Positions 7,410-15,619 of a DNA stretch of 64,000 bases are shown here, piece by piece. The translations under genes and the position numbers were made by a program. Each line of letters opens with the position of its first letter. The first letter of the stretch is position 1. The notes beneath the pieces were generated by a model that was given only the letters and a program-made list of their open reading frames with translations, did not search any database and had not been told where the DNA came from. Source of the DNA: Clostridia bacterium (lineage in GTDB: Bacteria > Bacillota > Clostridia > Oscillospirales > CAG-272); the NCBI GenBank assembly GCA_017504405.1, contig JAFVRG010000001.1, positions 7,586 through 71,585 on the forward strand. Reading direction: 5' to 3'.

Positions 7410-8583
7410 GTTTTACCTGACTGCCGCAACCGACAAAAGCCCTATTGAATACAAATGCGGCGAGGATATGGTATTCACCGTATGGGCGGCAAAGAATTTT
7501 GAGGGCAAGGCTGTCTATGATAAAATCAAATACAGGCGCATCGGTGACGATGACGTTGTCGAGGAGGGCGAATGGGATTACAGCGGCGGCGAGCCTCTCG
7601 TTTTCAAAACCAAAATCATGACACCGGGCTTTGTGTTTATTCACGCCTGGGTCGAGGGCGAAAACGCAGAGGGTGTCGAGCATTTCCTCGGCGGCGCAGG
7701 CGCTGAGATAGAAAAGCTCTATCCAATAACCGAGGAGCCCTCGATTTACGGACGCTTCTGGAGCGATACGCTCGCCGACGTTGAAAAATGCTCGCTCACA
7801 CCGATAGAGGCAAAGGGTGCAAGGGACGACGTGCGCCCGGGATTTCGCATATACGATATGAAAATTCCCTCTCCGTACGGCAGGCCCGTCAGCGGCATTC
7901 TCTCGATCCCCGACGGCGCGGAGGCAGGCTCTCTGCCTATAAGGCTACAGCTCGCAGGCTACGGAATACACAGCGCAGCAAAGCATATAAACGGCTCGGA
8001 AATAGTTTTTGACATGAATGCAAACGGCATAGAAAATATGCGTGAACCAGAATATTATTCCGCCCTCGCACAGGACGAATTAAAGGAATACGGACTGCAC
8101 GAAAGGGGAGATAATCCCTACGAGTCCTATTTCAGAACGATAATAGGCAGAGGCTTGCAGGCACTGCGCTATCTGCGTTCTCTGCCCGAGTGGAACGGAC
8201 GTGATATAACGGTATGCGGAACAAGTCAGGGCGGAATGCAGGCGCTCAACCTCGCCGCACTTGACAAAACGGTAACCCGTTGCGAGGTTAACAAGCCCTG
8301 GTTCTGCGACCGTGCCGCCGAAACTGTCGGCAGGCGGCGTCCCAACTTCTGCACCGATATACCTACCGACAGCTTTGCGTGCTTTGATGGAGCAGTACAG
8401 GCCCGTCATATAGATTGCCCTGTCAGGGTTAGTGCAGGACTCGGTGACTACGTATGCCCGCCGTCGAGTGTTATGGCGATGTTTCTCGCTCTGAAAACCG
8501 ACCAAAAAGAGATAGAGTGGATACAGGGTGAAACTCACGGCTCGTCGCTGCCGATACCCGTCCGCTACAAGTTCAGAGGCTGA
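7396..8583 (+). CDS. Acetylxylan esterase / cephalosporin-C deacetylase-like serine esterase (CE7/AXE1-like) with an extra N-terminal domain
   Basis: Nucleophile elbow VCGTSQGG. The YFRTIIGRGLQALRYL, DYVCPPSSV and GETHG blocks are colinear with CE7 esterases as I remember them. No signal peptide. Confidence 0.65.
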   Translation: MTRDRFYLTAATDKSPIEYKCGEDMVFTVWAAKNFEGKAVYDKIKYRRIGDDDVVEEGEWDYSGGEPLVFKTKIMTPGFVFIHAWVEGENAEGVEHFLGGAGAEIEKLYPITEEPSIYGRFWSDTLADVEKCSLTPIEAKGARDDVRPGFRIYDMKIPSPYGRPVSGILSIPDGAEAGSLPIRLQLAGYGIHSAAKHINGSEIVFDMNANGIENMREPEYYSALAQDELKEYGLHERGDNPYESYFRTIIGRGLQALRYLRSLPEWNGRDITVCGTSQGGMQALNLAALDKTVTRCEVNKPWFCDRAAETVGRRRPNFCTDIPTDSFACFDGAVQARHIDCPVRVSAGLGDYVCPPSSVMAMFLALKTDQKEIEWIQGETHGSSLPIPVRYKFRG

Positions 8584-8733
8584 TTACCGACTGCGCCGTT
8601 GAGCATAAACCGACAAACACGGCAGATTGCTTTTGCGGATGGCGAAGGAATGGGATGACAGCACTTACCGCAAGGCTCTTGTGCCTACATAGCGCAAACC
8701 GCCGTTTGCGACCCGAGCACTTGAAATTCAGGG

Positions 8734-8762
8734 TTGACAGACGGCGGCTTTTATGTTACAAT
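8734..8762 (+). promoter_or_regulatory. Promoter of the 19-codon micro-ORF unit
   Basis: TTGACA (8734-8739), a 17-nt spacer ending in TATGT, and TACAAT (8757-8762). Confidence 0.45.
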
Positions 8763-8790
8763 AAAAGAACAATTAAAGGAGGTGGAGTTT

Positions 8791-8850
8791 ATGATTTTTC
8801 TAAGCTCTCTAAATCCTTTTCCGCCACTTGTGGCGTTTTCTATATATTAA
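8791..8850 (+). CDS. Candidate 19-aa hydrophobic micro-protein or leader peptide (MIFLSSLNPFPPLVAFSIY)
   Basis: The SD AAAGGAGGTG sits 6 nt upstream of the ATG at 8791. The stop at 8848-8850 abuts a terminator hairpin. The ORF is below the track's size cutoff. Confidence 0.3.
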   Translation: MIFLSSLNPFPPLVAFSIY

Positions 8851-8873
8851 GAGCGCGTATGCGCTCTTTTTTT
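8850..8873 (+). terminator. Intrinsic terminator after the micro-ORF
   Basis: agagcgc-gtat-gcgctct followed by TTTTTT. Confidence 0.55.
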
Positions 8874-8892
8874 GTATTTTTTTGGAAAAGTG

Positions 8893-8921
8893 TTGACTTT
8901 TACCCCCGTTTATTTTACAAT
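8893..8921 (+). promoter_or_regulatory. Promoter of beta-helix paralogue 1
   Basis: TTGACT (8893-8898), a 17-nt spacer and TACAAT (8916-8921). The TGTTGACTTTTAC context is shared with the promoter at 11114. Confidence 0.5.
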
Positions 8922-8951
8922 GGTATTGAAATTAAAAAGGAGATTTTCTTT

Positions 8952-11024
8952 ATGTCAAACACCTTCTATTTATCAACAACGGGAAACGACGAAAACAGCG
9001 GCTCGAAGAGCGCACCGCTGAGAAGCTTTTCGGCAATTCTCGAAAAAACCCGAGCCCTGGACGGCGAGAAAACCGTAATAATCGAGGTAGGCAGATACCC
9101 GTTCAGAGAAACCCTCGAGCTTGACGCAAGGGATAACAACACCCACTTTGTTGCCGACGGAGAGGTGTTTTTCGACGGCGGAGTTGTGCTCGATAATTCA
9201 AAAATTGAGGATTACAAGGACGGAATAAAAAAGATTGACCTCTCCGACCTCGGCGTTGAATTCGGCGAGCTCGGCAACCGAGGCTTCCGCCGTGCGAGCA
9301 TAAATGCGCCCAGCGAATTTTTCCTTAACGGCGGAGCGCAGAAAATAGCGAGATACCCCAAAAACGGAATTATCCTCTATGAGGAAAATGACATAGTTGA
9401 TTCGGGAAGCAGACCCCGTGATAAGGACTACGGCTGCCGCCCCGCAACCCTGCGCCTCGACCAAGAAAAAATCAAAAAATGGGCAAATGCAAAGCACGCG
9501 TACCTGGGCGGCTATCCCAATCAATCGTGGGCTGACGAGTGCGTGAAAATCGCAAAAATAGATGCGGAAAACGGAACGGTTACAACCGAGCAGCCCCACC
9601 TTTTTAGCTATCAGTTCACGCATCACTCCGGCTACTTTGTAATAAACCTTCTGGAGGAGCTGACCGACGAGGGCGAGTACTACATTGATATTGACGAAAA
9701 GGTGCTCTACTTCAAGCCGTTCTCTGACGTTGACCTCAAAGCCGCAACACTTCAGGTATCCGTAATGGACAAGGTTATGGTGGCGATTGAGAACGCCGAA
9801 AATGTTTCCTTTGAGGGCATAACATTCGAAAACACACGCAACAGCGGCGTTTATATCGAGGGCGGTGACGGTTGCACGGTTAAAAACTGTGAATTCAGAA
9901 ACATGGGAATAATGGCAGTGCAAATCGGACAGGGCGCAACGCCCCTCGAGCACGGTCTTAACGACTGTCACGGCGAGCATGCCCCGAATGCAAAGCCCTT
10001 TGCTCCCGTATCACGTGAGGTTGGAAGCTGGAACGAATACCTTTACGAATTTGCGGCGTGGGATAACAACGGCGGTAAAAACCACTCGGTTGAGGGCTGT
10101 AAAATTCACGACTGCGGAGCGGGTGGAATATTGCTCGGCGGCGGCAACAGGAAAAGCCTCACACCCGCAAACAACAGAGTCCACAACTGCGAATTTTACT
10201 TAGTAAACCGTCTTGACAGAACATACCGTGCGGCGGTTAATATGATGGGTGTCGGAAACACCGTTTCTCATTGCTATATGCACGATTTGCCCTCTATGGC
10301 AATATGCCTGCACGGAAACGACCATATAATTGAGTTCAACGACATAACCAGAGCGTGCACCGAAACCTCGGATGCGGGCGCAATCTATATGGGCAGAGAC
10401 ATGAGCGAGGTTGGAAACGTATTCAGAAACAACTACATTCACGACCTTGAAAACACCATTGAAACAGGCCTTGGCGTTTGTGCTATTTACTTTGACGACT
10501 GGGATATATTCAATGCGGTTTACGACAATTTCTTCGTAAATATCAAGGGCGGCGGATTCTGCGTAATTCACCACACCTGCGGAGGATTTCTCTCCTTCCA
10601 CAATAATTTTGTGGTTGACTGTGTGCCCGGTATTCAGCCCGATAACAAGAGTAACTCGTACATCTATATGCACAGAGACCTTTTGGCTATGAAGCGTGTA
10701 CATACTGTTGACGAAAACGACGTCGGCGGCGTTGACATAACCTCTCCTGTATGGCGTGAAAAATACCCCTACCTCTACGACGTATACAAAAACGATGCCC
10801 GTCCCGAGTGGATGTACTACAACAACGCCCTGCTCTACCACAAGTACGATTGCTTTGTAGATGCGAAAAACGGCGACTTCACGCAGATAGACGGCTACCG
10901 TGAGAAATTCTGGCGTGACGAGTACGACTGGCAGAGACGTACCGACGTAATAATGGGCTACGAAAACGATCTGGTTCACCCTCACAGGGTTGATTTCAAA
11001 TCAATTGGTCTTATCAAGGACTAA
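8952..11024 (+). CDS. Right-handed parallel beta-helix protein, tandem paralogue 1 (690 aa, no signal peptide)
   Basis: ORF-track frame 8655..11024 trimmed to the ATG at 8952 (AAAAGGAG SD). The N-terminus FYLSTTGNDENSGSKSAPLRSF is the common cap of pectate-lyase-fold proteins. PbH1-like repeats follow (VKNCEFRNMG, VEGCKIHDCGAGG, NRVHNCEF, NTVSHCYMHD). It is highly similar to the next two genes. Confidence 0.8.
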   Translation: MSNTFYLSTTGNDENSGSKSAPLRSFSAILEKTRALDGEKTVIIEVGRYPFRETLELDARDNNTHFVADGEVFFDGGVVLDNSKIEDYKDGIKKIDLSDLGVEFGELGNRGFRRASINAPSEFFLNGGAQKIARYPKNGIILYEENDIVDSGSRPRDKDYGCRPATLRLDQEKIKKWANAKHAYLGGYPNQSWADECVKIAKIDAENGTVTTEQPHLFSYQFTHHSGYFVINLLEELTDEGEYYIDIDEKVLYFKPFSDVDLKAATLQVSVMDKVMVAIENAENVSFEGITFENTRNSGVYIEGGDGCTVKNCEFRNMGIMAVQIGQGATPLEHGLNDCHGEHAPNAKPFAPVSREVGSWNEYLYEFAAWDNNGGKNHSVEGCKIHDCGAGGILLGGGNRKSLTPANNRVHNCEFYLVNRLDRTYRAAVNMMGVGNTVSHCYMHDLPSMAICLHGNDHIIEFNDITRACTETSDAGAIYMGRDMSEVGNVFRNNYIHDLENTIETGLGVCAIYFDDWDIFNAVYDNFFVNIKGGGFCVIHHTCGGFLSFHNNFVVDCVPGIQPDNKSNSYIYMHRDLLAMKRVHTVDENDVGGVDITSPVWREKYPYLYDVYKNDARPEWMYYNNALLYHKYDCFVDAKNGDFTQIDGYREKFWRDEYDWQRRTDVIMGYENDLVHPHRVDFKSIGLIKD

Positions 11025-11047
11025 AACGGATACCCATATCCAAAACG

Positions 11048-11087
11048 GCGGATTTTACCGACTTCAAGGTAAAAATCCGCTGTTTTT
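11048..11087 (+). terminator. Intrinsic terminator after paralogue 1
   Basis: gcggattttacc...ggtaaaaatccgc followed by a T-run. It is homologous to the terminator at 15412-15453. Confidence 0.6.
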
Positions 11088-11113
11088 ATTTCCCCTTATT
11101 TTCTGTAAATATG

Positions 11114-11142
11114 TTGACTTTTACTTATATTATTGTTAAAAT
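11114..11142 (+). promoter_or_regulatory. Promoter of beta-helix paralogues 2 and 3
   Basis: TTGACT (11114-11119), a 17-nt spacer ending in TTGT, and TAAAAT (11137-11142). Confidence 0.5.
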
Positions 11143-11173
11143 TTAACTGTAAGTAATTTTAAGGAGAGGTTTT

Positions 11174-13264
11174 ATGACAGTCTTCTACTTATCCCCAACG
11201 GGAAACGACAAAAACAGCGGCTCGAAGAGCGCACCGCTGAGAAGCTTTGCGTCAGTTCTCGAAAAAGCCCGTGCGCTCGACGGCGAGAAAACCGTAATAA
11301 TCGAAGCAGGCAGATATTTGTTCAGAGAGACCCTCGAGCTTGACAAAAGGGATAACAATACACACTTTGTTGCCGACGGTGAGGTGTATTTTGACGGTGG
11401 AGTTGTGCTCGATAATTCAAAAATTGAGGATTTTAAGGACGGAATTAAGAAAATAGACCTCTCCGACCTCGGTGTCGATTTCGGCGAGCTCGGCAACCGA
11501 GGCTTTCGCCGTCCGTACGTAAATGCACCCAGCGAGCTTTTTATAAATTCAACGGCTCAGAGCCTCGCCCGTTACCCCAAAAAAGGAATTATAAACTACC
11601 TTGAGAACGACATAGTCGATTCGGGCAGCAGACCCCGTGATAAGGACTACGGCTGTCGCCCCGCAACTCTGCGCCTCGACGGCGAGAAAATCAAAAGGTG
11701 GGCGAATGCAAAGCACGCATACCTTTGCGGTTATCCCAGTCAATCCTGGGCTGACGAGTGCGTAAAAATCGCAAAAATAGATGTAGAAAACGGCACGGTT
11801 ACAACCGACGAGCCTCACCTTTTCAGCTATCAGTTCACGCACCACTCGGGCTACTTTGTAGCAAATCTTTTGGAGGAGCTGACCGACGAGGGCGAGTACT
11901 ACATTGATATTGACGAAAAGGTGCTCTACTTCAAACCGTCAGCTGACGTTGACACAGAAGCCGCAACGCTTCAAATTTCGGTTATGGACAGTGTTATGGT
12001 AGCAATTGAGGGAGCAAGCAACGTTTCCTTTGATGGCATAACCTTCGAAAACACCCGTTCAAGTGCTATTTATATCGAGGGTGGCGACGGCTGTGTGATT
12101 AAGAACTGCGAATTCAGAAACATAGGAACTCTCGCAATTCAGATAGGACAGGGGGCATCCCCTCTCGAAAGCGGGCTGAACGACTGTCACGGCGACCATG
12201 CGCCGAATGCAAAATCCTTCCATCCCATATCACGTGAGATGGGTAGCTGGGCAGAATATATCTACGAGTTTGCCGCCTGGGATAACAACGGCGGTAAAAA
12301 TCACTCGGTTGAGGGCTGTAAAATTCACGACTGCGGAGCGGGTGGAGTTTTGCTCGGCGGCGGAAACCGCAAGAAGCTCATCCCCGCAGGCAACCGAGTC
12401 TACAACTGTGAATTCTGGTCGGTAAATCGACTCGAAAAGACAAACAAGCCCGCCGTTCACGTAACGGGTGTGGGCAATACCGTGGCTCACTGTCTCATCC
12501 ACGACCTGCCTGCAATGGCGGTATGCCTGCACGGAAACAACCATACAATTGAGTTCAACGACATACACCACGTCGTAACCGAGGCGTCCGACTCGGGCGC
12601 AGTCTGTATGGGCAGAGACATGAGCGAGATTGGACACGTTTTCAGAAACAACTACATACACCACCTCAAAAACGCTGTTGAAACCGACCTCGGCGTATGC
12701 GCTATGTATTTTGACGATTGGGATATTTTCAACACGGTATACGACAACTTCTTCTATCACATAGAGGGAGGAGGATTCGGAGTCGTGCATCACACCTGCG
12801 GAGGACTGCTCTCATTCCACAACAACTTCATTATCGACTGTGTACCGGGTATAAATCCCGATAATATGAGCAACTCATATATCCGTATGCACCGTGACCC
12901 CACGGCAATGAAGCGTGTGCACACGGTGGACGATAACGACCTCGGCGGCGTTGACGTAACCTCACCCCTCTGGCGTGAAAAATACCCATACCTCTACGAC
13001 GTCTACAAAAACGATGCACGTCCCGAGCGGGCGTATTACAACAACCTGCTCGTTTACGGCAAGTATGATGCGTTTGTAGATGCCAAGAACGGTGATTTCA
13101 CTCAGGCGGCATGGTACGGCGCACCCTCTCACAGGGACGAATACGACTGGCAGAGGCGCACCGACGTGGTTATGGGCTATGAGGACGACCTCGTACCGCC
13201 TCACAGGGTTGATTTCAAATCCATAGGTCTTATTAAAAAACAAAATCTTACCTCTAAAACATAG
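11174..13264 (+). CDS. Right-handed parallel beta-helix protein, tandem paralogue 2 (696 aa, no signal peptide)
   Basis: Colinear with paralogues 1 and 3 and the most divergent of the three. AAGGAGAGG SD. Confidence 0.8.
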   Translation: MTVFYLSPTGNDKNSGSKSAPLRSFASVLEKARALDGEKTVIIEAGRYLFRETLELDKRDNNTHFVADGEVYFDGGVVLDNSKIEDFKDGIKKIDLSDLGVDFGELGNRGFRRPYVNAPSELFINSTAQSLARYPKKGIINYLENDIVDSGSRPRDKDYGCRPATLRLDGEKIKRWANAKHAYLCGYPSQSWADECVKIAKIDVENGTVTTDEPHLFSYQFTHHSGYFVANLLEELTDEGEYYIDIDEKVLYFKPSADVDTEAATLQISVMDSVMVAIEGASNVSFDGITFENTRSSAIYIEGGDGCVIKNCEFRNIGTLAIQIGQGASPLESGLNDCHGDHAPNAKSFHPISREMGSWAEYIYEFAAWDNNGGKNHSVEGCKIHDCGAGGVLLGGGNRKKLIPAGNRVYNCEFWSVNRLEKTNKPAVHVTGVGNTVAHCLIHDLPAMAVCLHGNNHTIEFNDIHHVVTEASDSGAVCMGRDMSEIGHVFRNNYIHHLKNAVETDLGVCAMYFDDWDIFNTVYDNFFYHIEGGGFGVVHHTCGGLLSFHNNFIIDCVPGINPDNMSNSYIRMHRDPTAMKRVHTVDDNDLGGVDVTSPLWREKYPYLYDVYKNDARPERAYYNNLLVYGKYDAFVDAKNGDFTQAAWYGAPSHRDEYDWQRRTDVVMGYEDDLVPPHRVDFKSIGLIKKQNLTSKT

Positions 13265-13314
13265 GGACCATCCAACGTAAAATTATTTAAATATAACACA
13301 TCGGGAGAAAATTT

Positions 13315-15387
13315 ATGTCAAACACCTTCTATTTATCCAAAAAAGGAAACGATAAAAACAACGGTGGGAAGAGCGCACCGCTGAGAAGCTTTTCTGCAGT
13401 TCTTGAAAAAACCCGTGCGCTCGACGGCGAGAAAACCGTAATAATTGAGGCGGGCAGATATTTATTCAGAGAAACCCTTGAGCTTGATGCAAGGGATAAC
13501 AACACACACTTTATCGCTGACGGTGAGGTGTATTTTGACGGCGGAATAATCCTTGACAATTCAAAAATCGAGGATTATAGGGACGGTATCAAGAAAATTG
13601 ACCTTTCATATCTTGGCATAGAGCTTCACGGGCTTGGCAACCGAGGCTTCCGCCGTGCGTATATAAATGCACCTACCGAATTTTTCGTTGGCGGTGTGGC
13701 GCAGAAAATCGCCCGCTACCCCAAAAACGGCGTAATCAATTATGAGGAGAAGGATATAGTTGACTGCGGCAGTACGCCGATAGACGGCGACTACGCCTGC
13801 CGTCCTGCAGTTTTGCGCCTTGACGGTGAGAAAATCAAGAAATGGGCAGGCGCAAAGCACGCATATCTCGGCGGTTACCCTAAGCACGCTTGGGCTGATG
13901 AGTGCGTAAAAATTGCAAAAATAGATGCAGAAAACGGCACGGTTACAACCGAGCAGCCGCACCTTTTCGGCTATCAGTTTACGCACCATTCGGGCTATTA
14001 TGTTGTAAATCTCTTAGAGGAGCTGACCGACGAGGGCGAATACTATATCGACATTGACGAAAATGTGCTCTATTTCAAGCCATCAGCTGACGTTGACCTC
14101 GAAACCGCAACGCTTCAGATTTCCGTAATGGACAAGGTTATGGTAGCAATTGAGAACGCCGAAAACGTTTCCTTTGAGGGCATAACATTTGAAAACACCC
14201 GTAACAGCGGCGTTTATATCGAGGGCGGCGACGGCTGCACCGTAAAGAATTGCGTTTTCAGAAATATGGGTATCCTTGCCGTTCAGATAGGACAGGGCGC
14301 AACGCCGCTTGAGCACGGTCTCAACGACTGTCACGGCGCTCATTCGCCGTTGGCGAAGCCGTTTAAGCCTCTGTCCCGAGAAATGGGAAGCTGGCACGAA
14401 TACATTTACGAATTTGCCGCTTGGGATAACAACGGCGGCAAAAATCACTCTGTTGAGGGGTGTAAGATTTACGATTGCGGAGCGGGCGGAATATTGCTCG
14501 GCGGCGGCAACAGGAAAAGCCTCACACCCGCAAACAACAGAGTCCACAACTGCGAATTCTGGTCCACCAACCGCCTCGACAAAACCTACAAGGGCGCTGT
14601 CAATATGATGGGTGTCGGCAATACCGTATCTCATTGCTATATGCACGATTTACCCGCCTTTGCAATCTATCTGCACGGAAACGACCACACAATCGAATTT
14701 AACGATATAACGAGGGTATGTATCGAGACCTCGGATTCAGGCGCAATTTATATGGGCAGAGATATGAGCGAGGTTGGAAACGTATTCAGAAACAATTACA
14801 TTCACGACCTCGAAAACACCATCGAAACAGGGCTTGGCGTTTGCGCAATTTACTTTGACGACTGGGATATATTTAACGCCGTTTACGACAACTTTTTCGT
14901 AAACATCAAGGGCGGCGGCTTCTGCGTAATCCATCACACCTGCGGAGGGCTGCTCTCATTCCACAACAACTTTATCGTTGACTGCGTGCCCGGAATTCAG
15001 CCTGATAACAAGAGCAATTCATACATCTATATGCACCGAGACCTTTTGGCTATGAAGCGTGTGCATACGGTTGACGAAAACGACCTCGGCGGCGTTGACG
15101 TGACCTCACCTATCTGGCGTGAGAAATACCCCTATCTCTACGAAACCTACAAAAACGATTACCGTCCCGAGTGGATGTACTACAACAACGCACTGCTCTA
15201 CCATAAGTACGACTGCTTTGTGGATGCAAGGAACGGCGATTTCACGCAAATCGACGGCTTCCGTGAGAAATTCTACCGTGACGAATACGACTGGCAGAGA
15301 CGTACTGACGTAATAATGGGCTACGAGAACGACCTCGTTCACCCCCACAGGGTTGATTTCAAATCCATAGGTCTTATCAAGAAATAA
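13315..15387 (+). CDS. Right-handed parallel beta-helix protein, tandem paralogue 3 (690 aa, no signal peptide)
   Basis: Colinear with paralogues 1 and 2. Only 50 nt and no terminator separate it from paralogue 2, so the two are probably co-transcribed. Confidence 0.8.
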   Translation: MSNTFYLSKKGNDKNNGGKSAPLRSFSAVLEKTRALDGEKTVIIEAGRYLFRETLELDARDNNTHFIADGEVYFDGGIILDNSKIEDYRDGIKKIDLSYLGIELHGLGNRGFRRAYINAPTEFFVGGVAQKIARYPKNGVINYEEKDIVDCGSTPIDGDYACRPAVLRLDGEKIKKWAGAKHAYLGGYPKHAWADECVKIAKIDAENGTVTTEQPHLFGYQFTHHSGYYVVNLLEELTDEGEYYIDIDENVLYFKPSADVDLETATLQISVMDKVMVAIENAENVSFEGITFENTRNSGVYIEGGDGCTVKNCVFRNMGILAVQIGQGATPLEHGLNDCHGAHSPLAKPFKPLSREMGSWHEYIYEFAAWDNNGGKNHSVEGCKIYDCGAGGILLGGGNRKSLTPANNRVHNCEFWSTNRLDKTYKGAVNMMGVGNTVSHCYMHDLPAFAIYLHGNDHTIEFNDITRVCIETSDSGAIYMGRDMSEVGNVFRNNYIHDLENTIETGLGVCAIYFDDWDIFNAVYDNFFVNIKGGGFCVIHHTCGGLLSFHNNFIVDCVPGIQPDNKSNSYIYMHRDLLAMKRVHTVDENDLGGVDVTSPIWREKYPYLYETYKNDYRPEWMYYNNALLYHKYDCFVDARNGDFTQIDGFREKFYRDEYDWQRRTDVIMGYENDLVHPHRVDFKSIGLIKK

Positions 15388-15411
15388 AAACCGAACATTT
15401 ATGGCCAAAAC

Positions 15412-15453
15412 GGCGGATTTTACCGATTTTAAGGTGAAAATCCGCCGTTTTTT
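15412..15453 (+). terminator. Intrinsic terminator after paralogue 3
   Basis: ggcggattttacc...ggtgaaaatccgcc followed by T6. Confidence 0.6.
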
Positions 15454-15619
15454 GTGCTTCTTTCACAAGGAGCAGAAGCAACAATATGTCAACATTTCCA
15501 AACAATAATACCTTTACATCCATATACGTACGGGTGTAAAATATAATCAAGGTATACTATCTAAATGCATTGTTTTGTGCAGATAGCACCAAAAAAGAAA
15601 ACTTGAAGGAGCAAAATTT

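Noticed and set aside
8655-8951. N-terminal extensions offered by the ORF track at 8655-8951, 3445-3585, 22889-23014, 43626-43646, 48139-48210, 48204-48302, 53668-53685, 54800-54979, 60436-60453 and 62232-62279.
   Set aside because: The extensions lack an SD and run through promoters, terminators or repeat elements. They would also bury the obvious signal peptides or conserved N-termini. Internal ATGs with good SDs were chosen instead.
9198-14646. Long antisense ORFs inside the beta-helix paralogues (9198-9980, 10200-10985, 12230-12793 and 14083-14646, minus strand). They recur in each copy and so look conserved.
   Set aside because: They recur only because the sense genes are paralogous. 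They have no SDs, their composition is Val-rich and low-complexity, and their ends are not conserved. They are shadow ORFs.
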